Source: Klebsormidium nitens
Lineage: Eukaryota > Plantae > Klebsormidiophyceae
NCBI GenBank assembly: GCA_000708835.1
Contig: DF236974.1
Span: 298,626 to 362,625 of the forward strand
Length of the DNA stretch: 64,000 nucleotides
Direction: 5' to 3'
Shown piece after piece: positions 1 through 13,192 of this stretch (the first letter of the stretch is position 1; every line of letters starts with the position of its first letter). The notes beneath the pieces are model-generated. The model worked only from the letters and a program-made list of their open reading frames with translations, was not told where the DNA came from and did no database searches. A program made the position numbers and the translations under genes.

Positions 1-257
1 GACTCCATGTCCCGATTGCAATCAAGCAGATACTTGTGGTTTTTGGATGAATAATCAAGCGACACAAGAGCGAAAAGTGATGCGTCTTTGGAAACTGGTG
101 CGTGCCCATAAGAACGATGAGTGTGGTGGCTTCGTTAAGACAAGCAGTCGACTAGCAGACCGGTGGAAGCGTCAAAGTTCGATGAGGCTGCTTGTGCAAT
201 TATCGAAAAAGGCCCCATCGAACCGCGGTCGAGCTGCACTTCTGAATGTTCGCTCAC

Positions 258-3200
258 CATGCTGATCGAGGCCCACCCCCAGCAGGGCCTTCCCGTCCGC
301 CGACACGTCCACTGACGTCAGCCCGCTGGCGTGCGTCATGAGGACGGCGAGGCACGTGCCCGAAGCGAAGTCCCAAACTCGGATGACGGCGTGCTTGCCC
401 TCCTGAGCGGACGCCAGGAGGGATCCCTTTGCGTCGAACGCGAGCGCGAACACGGGCGCGGAGTGGCCCAGGAAGAAGCGCTGGGAACCTGCGCGCGGAC
501 AAATGTGTGTGAGATCCATTTCATCTGTCGTACGCGACGTTCTGGCTTTCAGTGCTAACTTAGACTGAGAGATACTGAATTCGATCCTTCTGATCCTTCC
601 GTAAACAAAAACAAACGGAATATTGTTGGAACTCCGCTCCTTCAGTCTGAACGTGAAGGCTTTGCCTCGACATCCGAAGCTGACTATAACCGGTGGCCTT
701 TCCGTTTGAACACGCGGTCAGAAACTCAACCGCTGTAACGAGTATCATCGTGGCTCTTTTGTAAACGAGCACCTCACCTGTGGCTGGATCCATTGCAATG
801 ATGGTGCTGGAGCAGGGGAAGACCACGGCGGAGCCATCTGGTGAGTACAGCACGTTGCCCGTCCGCTGACCCGAGAAGCCGACCACCTGTACAGAAAAGC
901 GAGCAGCTGAGAAAGGTGGCTCACGAATTGGATAGGTCTCGCGATGCATCCATTCGCAAAACTGCATCTTGAAGTCAAATATGGGGACAGGTTCCGGCTC
1001 GCACAAGAAAATAGTCAAAAGAGTGGGGCCACAGCTTACAATCAGAATGTCGCGAAGATGACCGCACATCTGTTTGAGTCAGCTGAAGCTGCATTAACAA
1101 AGAATAGCCGTAGATTCTCAAGTCTAAGATGAACACGGCAACAGAACGATGAACCCATATCACGAGTGGCTTGCAATCAACAGAGCCAGCCTTCGTCGGC
1201 GCTTTAGCGAGTCGTTGGAAATTAGGAAGGCGTATACTGTCATCGATATCGGCGGCCCTCCAAACTCTATATCATATGCTGATCCACTCAAAGTAAATCC
1301 AGTGGAGCCAGTCTCACCTTATCGAGCTCCATAATCGGTGCGGCTCCTGATCTGCTCTGCTCCCGAGAAACGCTCGGCTGCTGGCGAGCGTCCACAGGTG
1401 TCTCCGCCACCCCCGGCTCTTCCACCACGAAGACGTCCCTCGCTTCCGGAGACTCGCTCACGTCAGCTTCCACAGCCTCCTTGACGTCAGCCTCTTCCCC
1501 GTCTCCGCTTGCCTGCGGGCTCGGCTCGTGGCGAACGACTCGGACACGTGGTACGTCAGCACATCCCTCAGACTCGGTATCTTTTCTGTCCGAAGAAGTC
1601 GCGTCAGGTTTCTCTTGGCTCGAGCTCTGACTGGCCTCATGCGCACTTTCCCGGTCAGACAGATTTCCTACTTCAATTCCCAATAGGGGGTCCCGCTGTA
1701 CGAAAAGGCGAGCCTCGGATCCAAGCCTGCTCGGAGGCCGGCTTCGCGCTAAGTCCGGGCTCGGGTTTGGCAACGGGTTTGCAATGACCCTGTTTGGTCG
1801 TGCTTTCCCGACCGGCCTAATCTGCGGCTCTAGAACCGAAGCCGGGCTTTCCGGCCCTGCTTTGACTACTTTTATTTGGGGAGGGCTTGGTGAGGGGGTG
1901 GCTTGACTGTGCTCCACGTTCTCTTTGCAGTCCTCTGCGGAAAAGGATGCCGCCCTGCTGTGGGGCCGACTAGGAAGAGGAGTTCTTTCTGAGCGGGGAG
2001 GGTTGGGGAGCCACTGCCAGGCTGTGACTTGATCGGCCTTGCTGCTCTGCAGCAGCATCATGTCGCGGGGGAGGGTCTGCACGCAAGAAGAAAACGGTTT
2101 CATGCCTGGGACTACCAACCAGCCACGCAAGCGCGCCCCGCATTCAAGCAACCATTGACGGCGAATCCCAGATGTTCAGACAGGTGGATTTGGCTGGATG
2201 GCAGGCCTGTACGAAGTTCATGTACCAAGAAAAGGGGCAAGAACGCGATACATCCCGTCTGATAGCCTCCAGGAAACTTTCGAGAGCCCGCATCCGGCTC
2301 TGATGGAGCTTCAATGCCGCTCCCACACATAACAATGAAGGCGCTGGAATATCACTGAGCGTCACAACTCCAAACGGATGCCCGCTGCAATGCAAACCCG
2401 AAAAAGATGGCGGACGTGTCAGGAGCTACCTGAGGGTCGTAGATGGTGTCAGACGTGTAGGCGTTTTTCACAAGCATCCTTGAGCAAAACTGCATGCCCT
2501 TCAAGCAGCGGTAGGCGCGGCCGGTCCGCTCTTTCAGGATGCTCCTCAGATCGAAGCCGAGTACTGTCCACTTGTCGGAAGGTGGTTCGTACCGTAGCTT
2601 GATTGTCTTGGTGTCCTGCAGTTGAGCACATAGAGTTTTTTCCAAAGTTGGCGGACCAGTATACTCAAGCTGCCAACAGAAAGTTCCACCAAGATGTGCT
2701 CAGCAGGGCCCTCTCGAATACCAACTTGCACGGTTTTCAGGCAGGTAGATTCCGTCAAACTAGACCCGACAGACTCCCTCACTCAATTTTGAGTCCCTAT
2801 CTAACAATGTCATTCGAAGTTTTTTCGCTGTAAAATTTGCTCGTTCTGGTCCCGGGAAAATTCTGATTCTATCCGGACTAACAGACACTTGATTATGCCT
2901 TGAGATAAATTGACGCCAAGCTTCGCCTTGTCATGCAAATTTTTTGATCAGTTAGTGTGGTCTAACCTGTTCGTCGGCCTTGAAGATATTGCTGACAGAC
3001 AGCCGCACTGTGAAGCCCTCCTCCACCACCAAATCAAAGTGCATCACAAACATCTTGGACGGTTGCACGCATATCATCGCGTACAAGAAGCGGCCAGTGA
3101 GGGCCAGGGAGTCTGTCTTTTTCTTGGGGATCTGAAGGAAGTTCTTGGCAGGGATGCTGCCTGAGATGCGATAGCACATCTTGCCGATTGTTCTATCTGC

Positions 3201-3576
3201 AAACAAGGGCCAGTACTAGCTGAGACAGCTTATATTTTAAGTGGACGTTGGAGCAGCACAAACAGCCAACAATCCGTTGCGAAGTCTGCAAAAGGGTACA
3301 ATTGCCTTCTGTGCTGCCAACCAATCCTGTAAAGCTCAGGACCGGGCGATCTGAGCTGTAGTAGGCCGATTCACTTTCTGGCACCGCAGCTCATTGCTTG
3401 AGTTGCTCTAAGCAGCAGCCTCAGAAGCATAATACGATTTAGATACGAAACTTACCAATGTATAGGCGGATGTCGCCTTCATAAGACGCATTTGTCCAGC
3501 GTTCCACTCCCGCGTACTTGAAGATGTTCACAAATGGATGCTGCCATACTGTTGACAAGGGACAAAGTTTAGCCAT
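258..3576 (-). CDS. WDR90: WD repeat protein 90 / POC16 homologue (CFA20/DUF667 domain + WD40); 3' part lies beyond the window start
   Basis: Manual splicing: exons 3576-3456, 3196-2967, 2615-2430, 2076-1318, 886-778, 488-258, all GT-AG with consistent phases. N-terminus MAKLCPLSTVWQHPFVNIFK...YRISGSIPAKNFLQIP...LTGRFLY...VRLSVSNIFK and KGMQFCSRMLVKNAYTSD resemble the WDR90 CFA20 domain; WD40 repeats follow (FFLGHSAPVFALAFD...VIRVWD). Confidence 0.85.
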
Positions 3577-5386
3577 GAATTGAACACCTCAGCGATGGAA
3601 TGATTACTTTAATCTAGCTGGCCTCTGAAGAATTGTGAGCTCGTTTTCTCCTATTGCGTTTTGATAGTAGAATCCAGTCTGCAGCAATCAAGATTGGTTT
3701 CCAGAACAACGACACTCCAGCTAAGAACATTCCAGTAAAGCCGGTCAGCCGCTTGTTGCGATTGCAGAAAGACCTCTGAAGCAAATGACTTACACTTCGT
3801 TGCTACCAAGTCTGGAGTTGCAACCTTGCCACTTTTGTCTCCCAGGCGAACTGCATTCTCCTTCGGTCGCTGAGCTGCTTTTGTCGCCAGCTGTGAGGAG
3901 GCCGTTCTCTCAATCAGTTCAGGAGCCATGCCTGTCCACGCCTCAAGCTTTCCAACTTTTAATGGAAGTCGATCATAAAATGGGCCCGCACTACATGGCC
4001 CAACTCAGAAAACTCAAAGAAGTTATTGCAATGAAGGGTCCTTGCTTAACTGCGGCGACCCTATCTGCAGCTTGCTTGAAGCCCCTCGATCGAGCTCTTT
4101 GACAGCTCCAAGGTGCTCTTTCCGGACTTCGGGTGCTCTTGAGCAGGTCGCCTGCATAATGCTCTGCAGACAAATCGGTGTGTTTGAGCTAGCGCTTCTG
4201 GGGGCAGCTGGAGCCCTCTGCCCAGCCAGCGGAAATTAGGGTTTCACGTAAGAAGGTCAGGCACAACTTTCAGCCGTCGATGACAAATCTGCATAGAAGA
4301 GCCGTCGATAAAGATCGCACTTTCAGATCGACGGTTAGCCCCTTCAACAGATCTCCCTAGAGAGCCACACTTTTGCAGCAGGGCCCGGTGTCCTGAGTCC
4401 TGACTCCTCCACCTGGGTCCACTTCCCAGGGGAGTATTAATACTTGCTTGCCAGCAAGCGGAAGTTTAACAGCAGAGCCGGTCTGTTGGGGCAGCTTGCC
4501 GGCCACGCAGGATTGGCGCGGTATTGAACTTGAAGGCCCTATGGTGGTGTACTCTGATGATCATGCCTTTTCGAATGGCCAGCTTTGCCAGCCAATAATA
4601 GTAGAAACTGAAGAGCCGTTGGGGGTGTCACCGAAGGGAGGTGCAAAGAACAGTGCGTTAATCAAGCCTCGGGATCTTGACAATCTTAGGAAGGGACGCC
4701 CAGGGTGCGCTCAAGAAGTGAATGCCAGGGAATAAGTGGTCTTCAAAGGATGACCAATTGCTGCTCTGACTTTGTGACCACATTGACTCCTAAAAGTTCA
4801 TGTCCATGCACGCCAGCTAGGTTGCATGTCACAGCGGCAGTTCCTAAACCAGCTCGCGGTTGTTTATCAAGTGCTGCAAGGCGAGAGTGGACCGCCAATT
4901 GGTGGTGGCCTTGCAAGAAAAATCTCCGTGGTGTTATCAGGAGTGGTAGAAGCCCATGGTCAGAGTCAGTGCCTTCAAAATGCAGAGTACAAAGCTGGGG
5001 AAAGAGGAGCCCAGGCCCAATAATCAGCTTGCGATGCAGTGGTGCCAACATGGCAGGCAGCCAGCCCAACACCCTACCTTTGGTGGCCAAAGTGAATGTA
5101 AGGAATGCGGAGCTTGTGTGGTGGCTCGGCTGTGTCTGATCGAGTCGGAGAAGGTGGCCCCTTTTCAGACCTTAGCTGCTATCGGGCTAGGCATTTTCTT
5201 CTAAGCAAAGACACTTGTTAGCCCGTGGTTCAATGTTAAAGTCGTTCTCTTCCTACAAATCTCTCAGCAAAACCCGGGATTTCAATGCATCTTTGAGTGC
5301 TGTGCAGCAGGAGCAGATGTCTTGTAGCTTGCTGAAGTTTGACTGGCAATAATATCTGTGCCATGCTTCAATGCTGATCATCATGA

Positions 5387-8300
5387 ATGTTGCATGTGAA
5401 GGTCCAAGCCCTCAACGTCCCCCTTCTGAGCCCGTTCACGGTGGCCAGCGCCGTTGTGGAACAAGTGAACAATGTAGCTGTTCAAGTCATGCTTTCAACT
5501 GGGGTAAGCAGATTCCTGCAACGTGCGTGAAGTTCTCTTTGACTGCATAAAACATGTGTCTGAGAATAGATTCCTCAGTCAACGTACGGTACTCAGCCCA
5601 CTGTCTCTGCCTATTCATTGGAAATCACCGCACAAGTTCTGCCGTGCTTTGTTAGTGAATCTGATAGCTGGTGCAGGTTCTGACTCCAAATCTTGAAACT
5701 CTCTGCTCACAGCGCATTTATTGTTTCTCAATTTTGATGCAGCACTCTGGTTGGGGAGAGATTTCAATCATGCCACCCATAACGGCGGAGGACCAGCCGT
5801 TTGCGCTGGACGCAGCCAAGAGAGTTGCGCAGTGGCTCCCAGGACATGCTGCTAATCCTTGGCAAGCAGTGTTGAAAGAAGTTGCAGCGCACATACCTGG
5901 ACATCAATATGCTGCGGTAAGGATTGCTCGGACTTGTCAAAGGTGGTGTGAAAGAGTCTTCTTGGCACGAGAGCAAAAGGTGCTTCGAAGGTGTTCCTTT
6001 CTCCTGAAAGACAAAGTGGAGGCCTTGTTTGACCCTGCTGTCACCTCACAAGAGCTGTCTCATCCCCTCGGCCCCTATTGGATGGACTCTGTCTTGACAA
6101 TAAAAAAATGCGGACACCTTCCTTGCTTGCCTTCCTTTTGTGGTTGCCATCCTTCCTTGTCTCTTTCGCGGACCAATTTTCAAAATCTCAAGCATGCCTG
6201 AGGACATACATGCCCCACGCTCTTCATGCGCGGCCTTGTGCAGCACTTGGGCGAAGTAGTGCGCAGCATGCCTTAGTCAGCTTAGCCTTTTCAAGGTTGA
6301 GTTTACTCTTAAGCCTTATCACTGAGAAGGTTGCGTGGGCTGGCAGGTGCGTGCGGGGTTCGAGATGGCGCTGCTAGACGCGCTGGCTCAAAGCCAGGAA
6401 GTGCCCCTATGGCGCTTCTTCGGGGGAGCGTCTGACAGGGTCACGACGGACATCACAGTAAGAGACTGCCGTTCTTCTTTGTCTGGCTTGCTCTTCGAAG
6501 TTTTCGCGAAATTGGATGAGGACTTGCCAATTTCTGACTTGCAGAGGCAAACTCTCAAAGTTCTAGACATTCTGCAGAAGGCCGGGCTTGGTAACACATT
6601 TGTGACAGAAGGAAACGCATGCAGGTTTGTTTCGATGGAAATATTGCTTTGGAAGCCTTTTTATGGTCGTCATTACTTCTTGGTTGCAGATTCCTATCTG
6701 TCCCCCTCAAGAGGCTGCTGCCCTTGCTTTTACTTACAAGCAGCAGGGTTTCGAGACCATAAAGACGAAGGTAAGTTCCGTGAATCTTGACTTTTCTGTG
6801 ATTTCCGCGCATCAACGGTTATCGGTGTTAAGAAGAAACCAGACAACGGGGTCATTTGGTGACTACGGCAAGGCGAGGCATCTGATCGTACATGGAAACC
6901 TCCACTTGCCGTGTTTTTTGCATTGGAGCGGCATGGCGTCCACACGTCGCCGCTTCCTCGGTAGCAGCTCCCTCTTAGCTTAATCAGCTTACTTGGTAGG
7001 GTGTATCCTCTCTGTGCCTCTTTTCAATATGCTTCTCCGGTCATCTCTTATGATGACGGTGTTCTCGCCGGGCAGGTTGGAAAAGAGCCGAAGGACGACA
7101 TCATTCGTTTGCGGGCCATCAGGTTCTCCCATCCCCAGGTTAGGAAGCAAGTGCCTTGCATTGAGTCAGAAACAGCGGCCGGAGCAGTTGGCAACCAGAG
7201 TTTGTGGACATCTTCCCTCTGTCCTTCGAGATGACTTTCTCTTGTCACAGTCATGTGGTGAAGGCCCCCCGTTGTTGTGTCCAAAAGGAGGCTTGTAACA
7301 ATCGGAGAACCTCTAGAAAGAAGTCGGCTGTTCCGCTACCATGCAGTGCAGATTGATTCTGGACGCAAACGAAGGGTACACGCCCAATGAAGCGCTGGAC
7401 GTCCTGCGGCTTCTTCAAGGTAAGGTAAGCGAGACCAGCCCTGAAGAAACGAAGAAGTAATGTTCCGGTCGCGGCTATATTTGCGAGTTTTCTTGACATC
7501 CTGACGGTAAGCTCAATCACGAAAACTTTGAATCTTCGTGGGAAATGCTTTTGAACTGATGGAACTTGCGATGCCCTTTCCAAGCTTGAGCGTGGTGGTG
7601 ATTTGAGTGTTTTAACTACGATACTGAAGAGCCCCGTGCATCGTGTCTGAAGCGAAGCTTTTCTTCTCGCCGTGCCGCAGACGCTGGGATGAGCCCAATC
7701 CTCCTGGAGCAGCCGGTAGCCCGAGACGACTGGGAGGGCCTGAAAGAAGTCACGCAACAAGCGAATCGAGTCTACGGTAAGAGGGCCACCTGCTCTACAG
7801 CTTCTTTGTTTCGTTCATTTTGCAGACGCCTGAGTACCTTTTTTCTTGCTCGGCCGTAGGGACCTTCGCGAAGCGGTTTGAGATCGTCATCGCTTCATCT
7901 GAAGTTGCGTTGCGTTCCTTCAAAACTGGACGGCTTAGTCGCAGAGCATACGCGCCGATCGACGAACGTGGTCCAGAACCTCATTAGGTGTCAGCTACGA
8001 GGCAATGATGCCGTTACGTCTCTCATAACTTCTCACGGATGGATAGGTTTACCAATCTGCTGTGCTTCTGATGGCGTGCGAGACGTCCTTACAGGAGTTT
8101 CCGTGGCGGCGGACGAGAGCTGCCGCAGCGCCGCTGACGCGAGGCGGATCGCAGAGAACAGGATCGCGAACGTGCTTAACATCAAGCTGGCGAAGTGCGG
8201 GGTGGCCGGAGCGCTCGAAACGGTCGCCATCGCCAAGGAATATGGGCTGGAGCTCATGATGGGGGGCATGGTGAGGATTTGACCAGATTGGATATACGCA

Positions 8301-9482
8301 ATCATTGATCGATTTAGCTTGCGTTACTGTATACAGTATGTATAGCTGAGCCGTACGAGGCTGCGCTGCGTGGAGCTTGGCCCACCTTCTTACCCTGCGC
8401 TTTCGAGGAATCGAGGACGTTCAGACAATGCGCCAGAACAGCGCAGCCAGACCTGGCGAACAACGGCGAAAGAAGCGATCAGCATCAGTACGAAGCGAGG
8501 ACATTGAGCTACCAAGCAAACGTCCCTTTTCGAGTTCTGGCAGCTAGGATTGTTGAGAGGCGTCGGAAAAGGTCGCACATAGTCTCAAAGGGAGAGGAAG
8601 CACAGATTACGCATTCATCGATGTTGCAGGGCGTCCTTGGGCCGCTTCACATCTATCCAGATGTCACTTTGTCAACGACGTGCTAATTTTCGTTTGCTTG
8701 TACCTTGTCTTAGATTGCATCAGGCAGCGGAGTAAGTGATCCTGGTCTTCCGCTTGCAGGTGGAGACGAGGCTTGCGATGGGGTTCGCTGCTCATCTTGT
8801 CGCTGGAGTTGGCGGTTTCAGGTGAGGCCACCGGAAGAGAGCTTCTTCGTTTCTGGCCGCGCCATATGGACCCGATCTGTACGATGCCAGATCGAACTCA
8901 AGATTTATAAACATAAGCCGAAATAATAAGGTAACGCACTGGGTTGGGTAAGCTTATTTGGTGGTTATGGTGGGTGGGGGTGCGGAGCAGTTGTGTATCG
9001 GTTGGGTTAGGGGTTTTGAAAGTTAGTCGGAGCCTATTACTATCTTCGCTGATATCATTTCTTTCTCGAGGTTCATCATTCCAGGCAGGATGAAGTGAGG
9101 ACGCCTTATAGTAGCAAGCTCGCATTCTCAGAATTTACTCCGCTCCGGGAGGTACTCTGCAGGTACGTCGATCTCGACACGCCGCTCCTCCTCGCCAGCG
9201 ATCCAGTGCAAGGGGGATACTCTGGTGAGTCCATCAAGCAGATTGCTCTAACCGTGTTCTCGAGCTGCTCCGAATCGTCCATTTTGACGGGTCCTATAAC
9301 GTCACTTTATTCTAGAAAGGCTATTGACGTTCCATTGCTTTCTTACAACAACGCTTTCTTACAACAACGTGTTCTGAGAAGGCTGACCAGAATACGTGAT
9401 GCCATGTGCAGCATCGGGGCCCCATTACTCTCTTGGCTCCACAACGGGACACGGAGCTTCGTTAGCTGTTGTTGAGTCGTAG
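5387..9482 (+). CDS. L-Ala-D/L-amino acid (dipeptide) epimerase, enolase superfamily, plant type; ~11 exons, start codon uncertain
   Basis: Spliced product contains LNVPLLSPFTVAS, GWGE, VPLWRFFGG, TTDITIP, KTKVG, ILDANEG, LLEQP, VAADES, NIKLAK, GGMVETRLAMGF and YVDLDTPLLL, matching enolase-superfamily epimerase motifs including KxK and DxD. Last exon ends GHGASLAVVES* at 9482. Confidence 0.9.
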
Positions 9483-10324
9483 GAGACAGACTCGATTTCG
9501 GATGCGATCCGAGGGTCGATACTCTTGCTGTTGATTAGTGTACAGCCGCATGGGACGAGCAGGGACATAAGGTCCGTTCAAGCCCCATCAGTGACCGACA
9601 ATTTGCTGTCGATAGTAGACTATTGTACGTTGTTCTGACCTGCACGCAATTTTACTTCAGTACCAGAATCTACTCTCAAGCATTTCCTGCAAGCGACGTC
9701 CTTATTGCATGTGAAGCGCCCGCTATTTTGCCGAGTCAACTATCTTGCTCACTGGCTCATTGTTGTATATACCTATGGTCCATGCATGCTGGCAGTATAT
9801 CGAGCGGCGAGGCTTGTAAACATGTTCAACGCGGTCATGATATGTTGAACTATATATATGTTCACGACGGTCACCAATCTCGGCTGTCGGCAACCACGTG
9901 CATGTAGCGGATATTCATAACGGCAGCTGTCATTCTGGAAATGTCTGCTAAGTCGTACACAAAAGCAGGCGCTTCGTCAAATTCGCACTGCACTATAATA
10001 GCAAGCAGAGTACTGCTTTGATTGCGAACTCATTACCGTGCCAGTCTCTACGCACAGGGATGATAGACACAAGCTTCTGGCACCAATAGCGGCGTTTTGA
10101 AAAGGCCACGCGGCCGCGGTCTGTTGCGGTGAGTCCCTTAGGCTGTCCGATCGCGTTGCAAATTCAAGGAGTCCCACAGTGAGAAGGATCGTCAGCCTTG
10201 AAAGCACCATGAAATCAATCTCGTAGTCTGTACTTCTTTCGTTAGTCAGGTATTCGACTCAGCTTCAGAGATTGCAAGAAAAATTGTGTCAAATTTTCAG
10301 TGGCTCAGATCGACGGACGATCGT

Positions 10325-10342
10325 CACGTGTGATCACGTGGC
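10325..10342. promoter_or_regulatory. Tandem G-box/ABRE-like motifs upstream of membrane-protein copy 1
   Basis: CACGTG at 10325 and CACGTGGC at 10335, about 250 bp upstream of ATG 10585. Confidence 0.3.
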
Positions 10343-10584
10343 ATGATCTGGTTCTCACATCAAGTCTGTTGAAGACGGGAGAAATGGGTGCGCCACTTCG
10401 CAGCTATCCTGCATGATTGAACTTTAGGGCCGGGGGTCTCCTGACGCCCTCACCTGTACCGCAGCTCAAGACGAAAAAGAATCGAGCGCAGAGTAGGCGC
10501 TTCTGTTTCTGTAGACTGTAGGCGTGTTAGCGCTAGGACCCAAGGTGCTTACAGCGCTTCAATCAGGTGAATAGACTGCCCGCC

Positions 10585-11580
10585 ATGGCGCCCCTCACTC
10601 TGCGCCGCCTCCTTACATGCGCGCCTCCAGTCTTGCTGGGCGTGATCTGCCTGCTCTTCCGCGTTGTCCTGCTCGCGCGTTTCCTCAGAGAAAGCCCCGC
10701 AGAAAGCAGCAGCAGTAGCGAGCACACAGTTGTCACGTTCCATACCCATCGCTTCTATCCGCTGAGACCGATATTTGGGGCGGCAGTCAACGAACCGGTG
10801 GGCCTGCTCATAGTCGGGGAGCTGTTCCTCCTGCTTTACGTCTTTGCAATCCTGGCGGGCGTCGAGTCGTGCAGGATGCGCGCGCACAAGGCTCTGAAGA
10901 TCAACGCCATGCATCTCCTTCAATCCCTGGCACCGGCTTTCACCAGCTGCCTTGCGTTTTGCATGGTCTGGCTGCCTTATGTTCTGTTCAGCGGAGGGAG
11001 GGAACGGCGCGCGGCATCCGCGGAGCGGAACCGGCTGCGGCCGCGCATGTTTGACGTCTGGACGCAGGTCACGATCTTCATCCTGGCGCCCTCTCTGCTA
11101 GCCCTGGTCTTGATCCGAGAGCAAGTTTTCCTCGGTGTCTTGATGGCATTCTCCATGATCCTTACAGCGATCTTCTACGGTACCTCCAGAGAGTACTCGC
11201 CTCCCAGCACAGCCACAGAGATGGAAGAAGAGGCAGGCCTTCGATACGAAGTGGTGGTTGCTTTCACCTTGATCTGGCGCCTTGTCACGCTGGTATTCAT
11301 CTTCAACGATCCTTCGCTCCTGTCTCAACCTCTGGCGCTCTTGATGGGAAGAGCAGGCTTTGGCATTCTCGAGACAGCGCTCTTGTTCTTCCTGAAAGAC
11401 CTCATCGGCTTAACGCTGTGTGTGACCTACTTTGCTCTACTTGAGGATGGGCCGCTGGTGGGGTTGTGCATGATGGTGGGGACGCTGAGCATCCTGGGAC
11501 CGGCCCCCACGTTTGCCATCTACTGCACTTATCGGGGGAGGAAGATTGAGGACTCGATGCTGGACTTTACTAGCTGGTGA
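10585..11580 (+). CDS. Intronless multi-pass membrane protein, local family copy 1, unknown function
   Basis: Single ORF with many hydrophobic segments; gccATGG start at 10585. Shares APPxLLG, VNEPVG..GEL and DLIGLTL..YFALLEDG..LGPAPTFAIYCxYR with three paralogues at 25-31 kb. Confidence 0.8.
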   Translation: MAPLTLRRLLTCAPPVLLGVICLLFRVVLLARFLRESPAESSSSSEHTVVTFHTHRFYPLRPIFGAAVNEPVGLLIVGELFLLLYVFAILAGVESCRMRAHKALKINAMHLLQSLAPAFTSCLAFCMVWLPYVLFSGGRERRAASAERNRLRPRMFDVWTQVTIFILAPSLLALVLIREQVFLGVLMAFSMILTAIFYGTSREYSPPSTATEMEEEAGLRYEVVVAFTLIWRLVTLVFIFNDPSLLSQPLALLMGRAGFGILETALLFFLKDLIGLTLCVTYFALLEDGPLVGLCMMVGTLSILGPAPTFAIYCTYRGRKIEDSMLDFTSW

Positions 11581-13192
11581 CGAATAGATTGATCCACTGA
11601 GAAGATGGGAGACGAAGCTAAAGCTTGTTTAAGTTTCTCGAACATGGTTTATTGGTAATTGATTGCAGCGGAGGACGGTGCATTTAAGCCAGACAGGCTG
11701 CTTGTGGTGGACCGTCCAGCGCTCAATCAAATCAAAGTTGCGCAAAGGTTCCGGGCAATTGAGGGAAGGCAGGTATATCGGAGCGCGAAGAACGAAGGCT
11801 TCTTCCAGTCTGCAGATCCAATCCGGAATATTGTGAAGTGCGATATACATACCTTGGTGCTCGAAGGATGGACAACATAGATGTAAGCATTGCGTCTCTC
11901 TTCTGCCAACAATCTTTGAAAAAAAAAGTTGATCAAGGAGTTCTGCAAGGAATCCATCAAGATTGTCAAACATGTTGCAAAGCAGGTTGCTGTAGTGTTG
12001 GTTGCTGAACGCGCTAGCTCGTGACAGGCGGCAAGATCTTGATTGAGTGTTCGTATACGCCATTGAGCGTCCATGCCACGACTCCGTCACCAAGTTGCGC
12101 TGATTACTATTTGAAGCACTCATTCAATCGGAAGCTCTGACCGTGGACGTTGATTGATAAGCAAATGCATCCTTGCCTATGCTAAGAGCTCACCGGCCCC
12201 TTCGAGGATGCATAGAACCACCCAAAACCTCCATTTCCAATCTGCAACGGACAATGTGTTCTCGATTGCAGCGAGTCAAACGGATGCTGTTGTGTATCAT
12301 GCCAAGTTGTTCAATTAATGGATCAATACATATTGATCGATGCATCTATAAGCCGCTGGACAAGTTATTTATCAAGAACAACAAAAGGTATGGCGCATTT
12401 GCACATGGACCGATCATGATCATTGTGCCAAACCTCAGTACGTGCATATAGATTCATGGGTCCTTCACGCAATCTGCCAGTGTACCAAAAACAGCATGAT
12501 ACAAGGAGATCTGCATGTAAGTCCCATTCGTGTTGAGCGCTAGACCAAGTAGCTGATGTCGTTTGAGCCGCCGCTACGTATACATTATGAAGCATGAACA
12601 CAGTGCGCACGGCCGGTCACTTCGTCAGCCGGCCCTACAATGTTGCCCGATCATGACTAGCTTACATTACACTCGAAGTTAAAGGACGTGGACTTGGTAG
12701 TGAACTTCATTGTTAAGCGCTTCATACAATCATACTCATCCTCCAAGCTTGTCATCGCAACAGAGCACAGTTGAGATCGACTCTCTCACCGAGTCCGTTT
12801 CAACTCCCGGTCGTTTGACGACGAAGCCCCAGCACTTTCTCCAAGTTGAAGGCAGCGAGAGGCGCCGCCTGTGGCGGTCTTAGTATGTACAATCTGCACA
12901 TTTCTGTCAGTACGGATCAACTTCCTGCATCCTTTGTACACGGCTCTAGGCTAGCAATCCGACCCCTTGACTTCCGTGAGACTACTGACAACATCGACGC
13001 TTCTTTCTTACTGAGCTCAACCCTGTGGCAACCCTGTACTCCTGTTTGCTTGCGGTGCTTTCCGTTTCCTGCTCTTCAGGGTCCCATTCGCAGCTGGCAG
13101 CTCCACTGTCTGCCGAGAAGGATGTGGTTGGGTTAGCATCTCGGATGCATTTGTCTGGGGCGTTGCGGAAACAGTCGGGGTGGATTCGAGGT

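Noticed and set aside
3650-5300. Several 60-145-aa ORFs between WDR90 and the epimerase
   Set aside because: No recognisable motifs or consistent splice chain; treated as a divergent promoter/UTR region, although a hidden gene is possible.
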